A stretch of 64,000 nt of DNA from a virus (taxonomy: Duplodnaviria; Caudoviricetes), in the IMG/VR virus record IMGVR_UViG_3300021400_000262, positions 46,035 through 110,034 of that record; one strand, given 5' to 3'. Below the pieces are notes generated by a model, which ran no database searches, was not told the DNA's origin, and saw nothing but the letters and a program-made list of their open reading frames with translations. Of this stretch, positions 13,001-23,573 are shown one piece after another. The position numbers and the translations under genes are program-made. Numbering within the stretch: the stretch's first letter is position 1; each line of letters begins with the position of its first letter.

Positions 13001-15709
13001 TCTGAAGAACCATTAGAAAAAGCTGCACAACGTTATGAATTATTTAAAAAAGATACTGACAAATATAATGATTCTGTTGAGCAAGAAAGAAAAGCCAATG
13101 AAGAAGCAATACAAAAAGCAAATGAAAAATATTCAAAAGAACTTGAAATAATTGCTAAAGGTGTAGAATTAAAAATTAAAGTTGATGATGCTGATTTACA
13201 ATATCTTGAATTTTTATTAGAACAAATTGGAGAAGGCGCAGATCGAGCTTTAGATAGAATGTCTAATTTTAGCTGGCAATTAGAAGATAATATGAACAAA
13301 ATTGATAAATATCAAGAAGGTTTAGATAAAGTTCTTGAACATGCTGGATTAGATTATTAGGATTTATTAAATGGTGATATTGATGGTATTGGAACTTTTA
13401 ATGAAGAAGATTTATCTAAAGTTGAAGAATATCGTGATGGTTTAATTGCTTGCGGAGAGCAGCTTTTAGAATTACGCAAAACTATTCTTGAAGAAGTTAG
13501 TGCTGCCTTTGATGAATTTAATTCTGATTTAGATAGAGCTATTGATAGAGTAGATCATCTAAGAAGATTTACTGAAACTTATAAAAATATTCTTGATATA
13601 GTTGGTAAGGATGTTGTCGATCCAACAGGAAGAACTACTAATATGCTTGCGCGAACCGCTTTTACGTAGGCACAAGCAAATGCAAATGCTCTTCAAACCC
13701 AGCTCGATATGCAACTTTCTGCGATTGATGATTATAATCGTACTATTGCAAATCTACAATCTGATAATAGATATGGTGAACATGATGATACTATTAAAGA
13801 ATTTAAGAATCAATTAAAAGAAGCTGAAGACGCATATGCGGCGACCCAAGAAGAATGGTTGGGAGCATGGGAAGAAACAGTCCAGGCTGCCGCAGATATT
13901 TATGAAGCTACAATGTTATAGATTATTGAAGATTTTGGTAAATCTATTTCCGGTTTAGCTGGTTCTTTAGAAGAATTAGATACTAGATTTAATAGAGCAA
14001 AGAGTCTTGCCGATACTTATGTTGATGATTATGAAAAGATTTATCAATTAAGTAAATTAAATCGTGATATAAATAATTCTATAGATGATACTGATAATAT
14101 TCGTAGCAAATAGAGATTAAGAGATTTACAAGAACAAATTAATGATCTTCAAGCCAGTGATAATCAAATGAGTGAATATGAGATTGAAAACCTTCGTAGA
14201 AGATACGAGCTGGAATTAGCATATCTTCAACTTGAAGAAGCCAGAGATGCTAAGAGCCAAGTTCGTATGGTCCGTGATAACGAAGGCAACTGGGGATATA
14301 TTTATACAGCTGATGAAACCGCGGTAGAAGAAGCTGAATAGAATTATGAAGATAAGCTTTATGCTATGCAAAAAGCTAATACCGAATATATAGAATCTCT
14401 TGAATCAGAAATTCTTCAACTTGAACAAGAGTGGTCTGATGCTTTAGCTGGAATAAGAGTACAAGATTATGCCAGCTATGAAGAATACCAAGAAGCCATC
14501 GACCGCACAAATGACTATTATACTCAAAAGTTAGACCAAACATATGAGTAGATGGGTATTGCTATTGACAATAATAAGGTTCTTTATGATGAAGATTGGG
14601 CTGCTTATTCTGCTGCTACTGGATATAAGATTTCTGAAGATGAACGTTTTATTGACGATTTTAAAGAAACAACTTTAAGTCTTACTACTGGATATTAGAC
14701 CATTGAAGATGCCTAGAATGCTTTTAGAGATGCTACTTTAAATGTTACCAATGATATGGTTTAGGCTTTTCAAGATTGGGAAAGAGATACTAATACTGCT
14801 TTAGAATTAGGCGGAACAGATATTTAGAATTATGCTGAAGATGTGAATGAAGCTATTAATGGTGATGGCGGAATTGTTGATCAAACTGAAGATGCTGTCG
14901 AAGCTGCTGAAACAATGTCTGATGAGTATTAGGATGCATTTACTGAAATTATTGACTATGCTGGAACTTTTTGCTCAGATTTTGATGATATTATTCAAAG
15001 AGTTATAGATGATTGTAATGAAGCTGTTGATGCTATTAGAAGATTAGTTGAAGAAATGGATAGAGAAAATGAGAGAAATAACAATAATAATGAAGATACT
15101 TACGCAAATTGGGAAGCCTAGCTTGATGAAGCAGGAAATCTTTCTGGTTGGAAAGCAAAAGATAGAAATGGTAATTATATAACTGGTTCAGGTAAAAAAT
15201 TATATTGGGGTGGTAATGAATAGATTTCTGGTTATACTACTACTTATGATTTTGATGCTAATGGAAACTTAATTATAGATGGCAAAAATGCTGTTGGTTC
15301 TGGTTTTGCTGGTAGCACTCTTTCAGAAGAAGAAAAAAGAAAACTTCTGAAAAAAGCTGCGCATGCAGATACTGGAATGTATACAGGAAACTGGGGATCT
15401 CCAGAAGGAAGGCTTGCTGTGTTGCATGAAAAAGAACTTGTTCTTAATAAAGATGATACCTCTAATTTCTTATCTGCTATTGGTATGATTAGAGATATTT
15501 CTAGCATGATTGATTTAAATTCAGTAACAAGTTCTAATTTAATGGCTTCTATGTTTGGAATTAAAGGAGTTTCTACTGGAACAGATACTCTTGAACAAGA
15601 AGTCACTATTCATGCAGAATTTCCTAATGTTTAGAATCATTCTGAAATAGAGGAAGCCTTTGATAATCTTATTAATAAAGCTTCACAATATGCTAATCGT
15701 AAAATTTGA
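7088..15709 (+). CDS. Tail tape measure protein (2873 aa, TP901-type core)
   Basis: Track fragments at 7751, 9710, 10544, 11009, 12080, 13709, 14366 and 15377 share one frame and end in TAG. N-terminal TMP core (ALGAATASSSEEISTGLEK...GTGLRTLFTRL), a hydrophobic segment near 9.6-9.9 kb, long acidic helical regions, and C-terminal GMYTG...LAVLHEKELVL. Ends in TGA at 15707-15709. Confidence 0.9.
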
Positions 15710-15734
15710 CTTTGTTTTTTTTTAATGATATAAT
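15706..15734 (+). promoter_or_regulatory. Near-consensus sigma-A/sigma-70 promoter with extended -10
   Basis: TTGACT (15706-15711), 17-nt spacer, TATAAT (15729-15734), preceded by TG at 15726-15727. Confidence 0.7.
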
Positions 15735-15735
15735 T

Positions 15736-15772
15736 ATGGGGATAAAAATAATAGTTTTATCCCCATTTTTTT
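15736..15772 (+). terminator. Rho-independent terminator after the tape measure gene
   Basis: 12-bp stem ATGGGGATAAAA / TTTTATCCCCAT followed by a T-tract. Confidence 0.8.
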
Positions 15773-15780
15773 ATTTTATT

Positions 15781-15821
15781 GGACAATATTGAGAAAATAA
15801 TCTAAATTATTTTTGATATAT
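15781..15821 (+). promoter_or_regulatory. Recurrent bipartite intergenic motif GG(A/C)CAA-N28-GATATAT (candidate late promoter)
   Basis: The same architecture recurs at 36143, 39040, 47099 and 50143, always shortly upstream of the first gene of a unit. Confidence 0.55.
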
Positions 15822-15854
15822 TTATAGATAATGGAGAGAAAGGAGGAACAAGCC

Positions 15855-18800
15855 TTGGGAGATAAAAGCGAACAATTATTTCAAGGAATAGAAATAATTG
15901 CAAAAGGGCTTATATCTGATTTAAAATTTAATAAAACCTCAGTATGTACTATTAAAGATACAAAAGAAGCTTCGCAAGGTAAATATTATGTTACTGATGG
16001 AACAAGTTATTTTTATGCATATTCAGAAAATACTGATTATGTAAAAGAATAGCAAGTATATGTAATGATTCCTAATGGCGATTATAATAATTAGAAAATT
16101 ATTACTGGTAAATATTTAGCGAATGAAAACGAATCATATACTTATTCAGCTCCTTTTAATTCTTTTGTAGATATAACTGGAAATCTTTATAATAGTGCTA
16201 TTGATGAAGTCCCAAAGTTAGATTCTTCTTTAATTGCGAATGGGGAAATTAAAGAAATTCTTTTATGGGAAAATAAAGATTCATTAAAAGGATATACTAC
16301 TTTAGGTGTTAAAGCAGATTTTAAATCTTTATTAAAAGAGTTTAATACAGTTGAAGGTACTTATGGATTAAGAATCGCTATTCGTTTTATTGATTCTACC
16401 AATAGAGCTAATTCACAAGTAAGAGTTATTACTTTTACGAATGAAGATATGTATGGTAATCCGTATAATTTTGAAACTTATTATACTCAAGAAAAATTAT
16501 TTACAATAGCCGATAAAGATAAAATTATTGATAGAATTTAGGTATACTTCTTTTAGGATAAAAACTTTAGAGCTTCAAATGGAGTCAATATTCCTGTAGC
16601 TACATTACCGAATCTTTTTATTAAGAATGTTTTTGTTGCTTTAGGATATGATTTAAATGGCTTTGGAGAAGATTAGGTTTTATTATATAGTTTAAATTCT
16701 GATACTTATGATGCATCTTATAGCTCTTTTGAAAATAAGAAAACTATGAATATAAGATGGATTCATAAAATAGATGATAATAATTTTGAATGTTATGCTG
16801 AAGAAAATGAAGAATTTTCAAATTCTTTAATCATACACTGGTATAAATATAATCTTTCAACTGGCGTTATAGATCCTCTTGCGGGTAATTTTTGGTAGGA
16901 AATACCAGAAGCAAAGAATAAATTTAAATATTCTATTTTTCCGAATACTATAGAAAGTAATGAATAGTATAAAGTAATTATTGAATCAATTCCTGATAAT
17001 AATATTGATGATGCAGAGTTAAATAATCTTGAAAATTTAGTTTAGGAAAAATATAGTGTTTTAAATGATTATACTGCTAGATATGGGAATTCTAATAACG
17101 AGATTGAAATGCAGTTATTAGAAAATGCTCGATAGGAATATGATGCTGCTGTTGAAGATTATGATTTTTAGAAAGCTTAGTTGTTTGCGGAAACCCAGTA
17201 TTTTGAAAGTAATGTTTTAACTTTTACTAATGAATCTTTAGTTGCTAATTATGCAAGTATAGATTTAATTAATGGTCTTTCAATAGAATGTGATTTAAAT
17301 GGTCAGAAGGGAATTTATAATATATATAATTCTCATAATGAATTAACTAATTCTAGTGAAGGCAATAAAATGAGATTAATGACTGCGGTTTATAATTCTA
17401 TTATAACTGGTCAAGAATCTCTTGATACTGCGGAAAAGATTTCTTGGAGATTCCCTTTAACTAAGACAATGATTCAAACTCCAGTCGATGGCAAAGAATA
17501 TAATACTGCCAATGGAGATGAATACTTTGAGGCTGCGGATGGTAGTTATTGTATTATCACGCGTGATGGTACGAAAGCTACTGGGGACATAGGATCGTCT
17601 TTCCCGAACGCCGCGAGTCAATATTTTAGAATTAAACCTTATTATGTTGAAGGTGCTACTGATAATATAATTACTTGTTATGTAACCAAGAACAGAACTA
17701 CTTATACAGCTTCAACTTCTCTTACCTTTGGAAATCAAGGAAATAGTGGAACAGATTTTACTTTTTTCCTTTAGTGGGAAGAAGGAAGTAATTGTATTTA
17801 TGAGAATGATGAAGATCCAATTTAGATTTTTGCTCATTTATACGATGAAGAAAATAATGAAATTGCTCTACGAAATGTTACTTTTGAATGGGTTAATCCT
17901 GATACGAAGTTTAGAGATTTTATTATTAATGAAAGTCCAATTACTTTCTGCAATTCTACTGGAAGCGAATCTTATTATAGTATAAGTGTTGGAGGTAGTG
18001 ATAGTTGTTATATTCATTATGATAGCATAAGAGAATATAAAGATGGTTTTTGGAATATATTAAAAGCGACTGTTAAAACAGGAGAATCTGAACCCGTTAC
18101 TAGTGATGGTTAGGAGCTTGGAGCGGAAGTTGTTTTAACAGCTTATTTATCAATACCTTTAACTCAAAGAAGAACTACTTCTTCTGGAACAGTTAATATT
18201 TTTTCTTCGGTTGAAGGTTGTAATAAAATAATTTATAATTCTTTAGGTTCTAATCCAGATTATTTTTCTGGTTAGTATAAAATCTTTTAGGGCGCTAATG
18301 AATATGATATTGATACAAATGGATATTCTTGGCGGATTTTAATTAAAGATTTTATGGATACTGCAATAGATGTAGATGAGTAGAATCATTTAAAGAATTA
18401 TTATCCATAGATTAAAAATAATTTTATTGTTCCTCCATCTATGTATTTTGGATTTACTGGAATATGTAGTGCAATTTGTGCAAATGATTTGGGGGATATT
18501 ATTTGGGCTTAGCCAATAGTCATATAGCAAGATTAGTATAGTTCAGCTTTATTAAATTCTTGGAATGGTAAATATACTGTTGATGAAGAGGCTGGAACTA
18601 TATTAACAACAATGTTGGGAGCTGGGTCTAAAGATGAAAGAAATAGATTTTCTGGAGTTCTTCTTGGTGATATAGATGATTCTGATAAAGGAGTCTTCGG
18701 TTATCATGAAGGTGCTCAATCTTTTGGATTTAGAACCAATGGTAAAGCTTTTATTGGTAAAGCTAATAAAGGTCGAATTGAATTCGACGGAAATTCTGGA

Positions 18801-21158
18801 TCAATTAAAAGTATGTCTTATAGCAAAGGCAATACTGGTATGTTAATTGATTTAGATGATGGTGTTATTGATATTTTAGGTTGCGAATATGCAAGTGTTG
18901 CGACTGTTTATGATAGTAGCATTGTCTATTGGTATTTAAATGAAGATGAAAAATGGCAATAGATAAATGAAATTTATAATCTTTCTGTATAGACAGCAGA
19001 AGATTTTAATAAAGGTCCTATTTAGTTAGCTACAGAATAGTCTAAGTAGGATTTGGTTTCACATGATGAAACAAGTCCTTATTATAATAAATTTTTATAT
19101 CCAATAGTAGCAGAGTATTATGATTATAATGAAACTTATTGGTATAAAGATGCTGATAATAATTGGGCTTAGACAAATGTTCCTGGTAATATTGAATTAT
19201 TGAGTGAAGATGCTTTTTGGGCTGGTGTTATAGGTCTTGCGAGCAATGGATTAGGAATATCTGTTTTAACAGATGAAAGCAGTCCTTATTATAATAAATT
19301 TTATACATTCTCTGATACGCTTCCTACTGGAGCTGATTTAAACGAATGCTTTTATTTAGATAATAATGAAGCTTTTGTTAATCCTAATACTATTCTTGTC
19401 TTGGAGGTGCGGACGGCCGCAGACTTCGCATTAGGGCCAGTTGAATTAGCAAGACAACAAAGAAAAACAGATAGAATTTTAGCTGATAGTAATAGAGCTG
19501 GTTATAATAAATTCTTTTCTGGATAGACAGTAAACGATTCAGATAATAATACAACTTATACAAAAACAGATAGTCGAGTAACTATTTAGGCATTATCACC
19601 ATATATTAAAGTTAATGAGTCTGGAAAAGATGTTTTTTAGATTGCTAAGGACGTGTCTTTTATTTAGACTAATGATTATAGTTCTAGCGAATTAACAGGA
19701 GCTAGAATTACTTTAAAAGGCGCTGATGATACAGTTAATAGTTCGATCAAGCCTTCTTTTGATATAAAAGCATATAGTGCTACTGGTGGAGTAAAAATGA
19801 GTTCCATTTCTCCTTTTTTAGTAGCTCAAGCAAGAGATAATAGTCACGATATAAATGGAGTTAGAGATTTAGAAAATTATCCTTATAAAACATTATTAAG
19901 TGTTGGCGATAATAGTTATTATTTACAATCTTTTAATTATGAAACTCCAACTTCTAATGCTGAAGATGGTACTGAAAACACTACCAATGGCAAAGGAATG
20001 AGAATTGATCTTGCTAATGGAAAAATTTTAGGATATGATTTTTCCTTGAAGGCACAAGAAAATTCTGGAGATTATAATGGTTCTTATGTGGCTATTAATA
20101 GCAATGGTAATTCTTATTTAAGAGTACATTTAAAAACAGTTTCTAGTGCTCCAGAATATGAACTTGTTACTTTTCCTAGTGCAGTAACATCAACTGCTAT
20201 GGGAGAAGAAGATGGAACTGGATATGTAGCTAATACTTATTATTATTATGATGAAAATACTAATAGTTATTAGTTAGCTACTGAAGGTTGGAATCCTAAT
20301 ATAACATATTATTAGTTAACAACAATACCCACTCAATTAAGAGATGTTGATTTAATTAATATAGGAAAAAATAAATTTTTATTACAATCTTAGAACTGGG
20401 TTTCTGGTCATTCTGGTACTTAGATTAATTTATCAAGAGGTAAAATAACTTCTTATAACTTTAATTTAAGAGCAGTTGGAACTGGAGGAACAATTTTTAT
20501 TAATAGTACCAATCCTACTTATCCTTTTAGAATTGAAGGTAATACAGAACAAAGTATTCAAAATAATATTACTTCAACTGTTGTTACTAATGTTGGTAAA
20601 AGTTATTTTAGGATAAAATGGAACGGAGATTTTATAGCTGGAAATAATACTAATAATTTGGAATATTCCGGTGGACGTTTTACTTTAAAAGGTGGCGTTA
20701 TTTCTGGTGGTTCTATTAATATTGGAAATGGATTTTTTAAGGCTAATGATGAAGAAGTAAAATTGGGTGATTGGCATGTTGATAGTTCTAATGGAGCAGA
20801 TGCTTTTTATTATGGAGATTGGGATGATTCTACTATTGGAATGGCAAATCCTTCTTCTTCTAATCATCCATATTATTTATGGGCTGGATGGGGAGACGAT
20901 TATAAACTACCTAATGGTGCTCATGCAATGTTAGCTACCAATAGAGATGGAACAGAAATTGCTAATTTAACTTTATATGGACCTACAAGTTTACATGAAG
21001 GTGGAACTCATTATTCCGGATCAACTTTAGGTTCAGCTTTAGATAATTTATATGATAGCATTGATAACTATGATACCTGGTTAGCACGAGGAGAATGGCA
21101 TAGAGAAATTATAGACCATGAAGAAATTTGTCATGCCAGAGGCCCAGAGAATGATTAA
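15855..21158 (+). CDS. Large tail-tip/central-fibre-like protein. Unspliced form is 1767 aa; exon 1 (15855-21061) of the predicted spliced forms.
   Basis: AAGGAGG RBS with TTG at 15855. Track fragments at 15831, 17181, 18612, 19200, 19797 and 20658 are in one frame, joined by TAGs. Gly-rich beta-repeat C-terminal half (GRIEFDGNSGSIKS...GMLIDLDDG; GMRIDLANG). First gene after the TMP. Confidence 0.75.
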
Positions 21159-21587
21159 AATCAGGATTAAATGGTGCTAGTAAAATTCCTTAAACTGCGG
21201 GGACACCCTTAGAGCTTTTACAACCAAACAAGTACAGGGATGTGCTTGCGGCGATGGAGTAACGGCCTCGGTATGGTAAAATCGTAAAAGATTGGGCAAT
21301 CAAACGCATCGAAATCTCTAGAACAGAGAGACGTTCAACGACTATAATAGGAACTCGAAAGAGATGGTATAGTCTAATCGCTTACGAAATGTAAGAGTGA
21401 AATGCAGAAATTAGTAGGCTGCTTTTAATGAAGGAGCTGAAGCTGGTTTTGTAGCTGCTTAGAGAGAGACACCCTGTGATCCAGATTGTTATTGCAACTA
21501 TGAATTTTGTGCAGATGATTGCGATACATGTAATAATGGAAATTGTGGGTGCAATAGTGGACAATGTGAACCAGATGATTAATGCTG
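21062..21587 (+). mobile_element. Group I self-splicing intron with no homing endonuclease. Predicted 5'SS after 21061; candidate 3'SS at G21587 (strong P10) or G21407.
   Basis: Core elements: P AACTGCGGGGA (~21193), Q-like GGGCAATCAAACGCA (~21294), R GTTCAACGACTATA (21333-21346), S ATGGTATAGTCT (21364-21375). Helices: P3 TTCCT/AGGAA, P7 GACTA/TAGTC, P8 CTC-GAAA-GAG, P9 CTTAC-GAAAT-GTAAG, and a P5abc-like extension. P1 pairs exon UAGCAU (21056-61) with IGS GUGCUA (21174-79) and ends in U.G. Confidence is high for the ribozyme core and lower for the exact ends. Confidence 0.85.
21408..21582 (+). CDS. Cys-rich cassette A (predicted alternative 3' exon, 9 Cys)
   Basis: Reads NQQAAFNEGAEAGFVAAQRETPCDPDCYCNYEFCADDCDTCNNGNCGCNSGQCEPDD* with TAG=Gln. 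In phase with exon 1 if spliced at G21407. Confidence 0.6.
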
Positions 21588-21852
21588 TAATTCTGATGAA
21601 AGTTATACAAGTGGTTCAAATTCTTTAAAAGGACGACTTTATTCTGATGGATATTCAGATGGATATGAAGCTTGGGATCCACCATTATATTGTCATCATT
21701 GTAATAACAATAAAATATGTGATGAATTTTGTGGGTGTGATATTGTAAATTGCGATTGTAATGATAATAGTCCTTGTTCTTGTAATAGATCTTATTGTGG
21801 AGATGATTGCGATGATACTCCTTGTTTTAGTTATGGACCTGGTGGAGTGTAA
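21588..21852 (+). CDS. Cys-rich cassette B (predicted 3' exon, 12 Cys)
   Basis: Reads NSDESYTSGSNSLKGRLYSDGYSDGYEAWDPPLYCHHCNNNKICDEFCGCDIVNCDCNDNSPCSCNRSYCGDDCDDTPCFSYGPGGV*. It has no start codon of its own, is in phase with exon 1 if spliced at G21587, has a 10-bp P10, and its stop lies 5 nt before the radical SAM ATG. Confidence 0.7.
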
Positions 21853-21857
21853 AAACA

Positions 21858-23153
21858 ATGATTTATATTATTAATAAAGGTAATAAAAAAATATTTAATA
21901 TTTTAAAATTACAAAAATATGATTCTTATAAAAGATATATTTTTTCTCCTTATATAATTAAAATATGGAAAGAAAACAATTTACTTTTGAGAAATCTCTT
22001 AACACAAGAAAGTATTATGTTAAAAAATAGTAATGAAGAAGATGAAAAATTCTTAATTACTCATTGGTTTAAAATAGAACAAGAATCAAATCCATATGAT
22101 CTTTTTTAGAAAATTAAAAAAGAAGGAAATGAATCACATAAAAATATAAATAATTACAATTTATTAACTGATTTTGATAAAGCTATAATTTATACTACTT
22201 TAGATTGTAATGCTAATTGTTATTATTGTTATGAGAAACATTAGTGCTTTTAGCGTAAAAATATGACTAAAGAAGTTGCTGATAAATTAATAAATTTAAT
22301 TATATAGAATAAACCTAAAAAATTTTTTTTCAGTTGGTTTGGTGGAGAGCCTTTATTTAATTATTAGATTATAGATTATATTATTGATAAGATAAAAGAA
22401 AATAATATTGACTATGTTTCATCTATGATTTCTAATGCTATTTTATTTACTCCTGAAATGATAGAAAGGGCAGTAAAAAAATGGAAATTAAGAAATATTT
22501 AGATTACAGTGGATGGGATATATGAAAATTATGAAAAAATAAAAGATGTCCCGAAAGGAAGCTTTGAAAGACTTGCAAATAATATAGATTTATTAATTTA
22601 GAATAAAGTAAAAGTCAGTATAAGATTAAATATTACTCCAGATAATTTACAAGAATTAAAAAAAGCTATTTTATTTTTTAAAAAATATAAAGGTAATCAA
22701 TATTTTAGTATTTATACTCATGAAATATTTGATACTCCACTTGATAAATAGAAAAAAATATTTTATAATAAAAGAGTATTAAATGAATATATACATTACT
22801 ATTGTGGACATGACCCAAAGATTATATAGTGGCAAGAAAAATGTTGTATGGCTGATTAGGGTAAATGTATCGGTGTTTTACCAGATGGTGAATTAAATAT
22901 TTGTGAACATTGTATAGACCATGATCACTTTTCAAATTTAGATTAGGATTTTTATGATATAAATGTTATAAATAAATTTACAGAAATATCTGATAGAAAA
23001 GAATGTCAATTATGTCCACTCAGACCGAGTTGTATTTTTTTACATGAATGTGGTGGTAGTAGTGGAAATCATTGTTCTTAGTATAGAGTAGAAGATAGAT
23101 TATTAGAACATAAATTAGATTTAATATCTTCTATTGAAAATAAATTAAATTAG
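21858..23153 (+). CDS. Radical SAM/SPASM-domain protein (~431 aa to the TAG at 23151; reads on in frame to 23570 if that TAG is Gln)
   Basis: CxxxCxxC motif TTLDCNANCYYCYE (Cys codons at 22206, 22218, 22227), WFGGEPL, ISN and QITVDG motifs. C-terminal SPASM-like Cys set CMAD..C...PDGELNICEHC...ECQLCPLRPSC....C.......C. GGAG RBS. Confidence 0.9.
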
Positions 23154-23174
23154 AGAAAAAGGAGATTACATCTT

Positions 23175-23570
23175 ATGATTACAAGAAATTTATATACCAA
23201 TTTAGATATTTATAACAAAGCAATGGCTCTTGTTGAGGCTTTTAATACAAAGGAAGGTAAAGAATTAAATTATCCTGTAAAGATTAATTATTATCTTCAG
23301 AAGAATATCAAGGCTTTTGTTGATGCTGCTACAGAGATCGAGCAAAAGAGAATTGAGATTGTTCAGAAGTATGGTAATAAGAAAGAAGATTCTGAAGAAT
23401 ATATCATTCCAGAAGATAAAATGGATGAAGCAGGAAAAGAATTACAAGATTTCTTTGAACTAGAGCAAGAGATTCCAGTTAGTATGTTAAAGCTAGATTG
23501 GTTTGATAATATTGATATGACTGCAGAGCAAGTTTCTGCGATTTCTTTCATGATTGAGGAAGAGGAGTAA
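23175..23570 (+). CDS. Small acidic phage protein (131 aa)
   Basis: Own AAGGAG RBS (23159-23164), no TAG, TAA stop. In frame with the upstream radical SAM ORF. Confidence 0.8.
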   Translation: MITRNLYTNLDIYNKAMALVEAFNTKEGKELNYPVKINYYLQKNIKAFVDAATEIEQKRIEIVQKYGNKKEDSEEYIIPEDKMDEAGKELQDFFELEQEIPVSMLKLDWFDNIDMTAEQVSAISFMIEEEE

Positions 23571-23573
23571 TAA

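Noticed and set aside
21180-21410. tRNA, tmRNA or riboswitch as the explanation of the GC-richer gap
   Set aside because: No cloverleaf is present, and the P/Q/R/S elements and P3/P7 pairings identify a group I intron.
21364-21582. Cassette A as an independent peptide starting at ATG 21364 or GTG 21397
   Set aside because: Not excluded, but disfavoured. These starts lie in the intron's J8/7-P9 core with weak or sequestered RBSs, and this model cannot explain start-less cassette B or the duplicated in-phase junction.
21062-21587. Homing endonuclease in the intron
   Set aside because: No ORF of adequate length and no LAGLIDADG, GIY-YIG or HNH motif.
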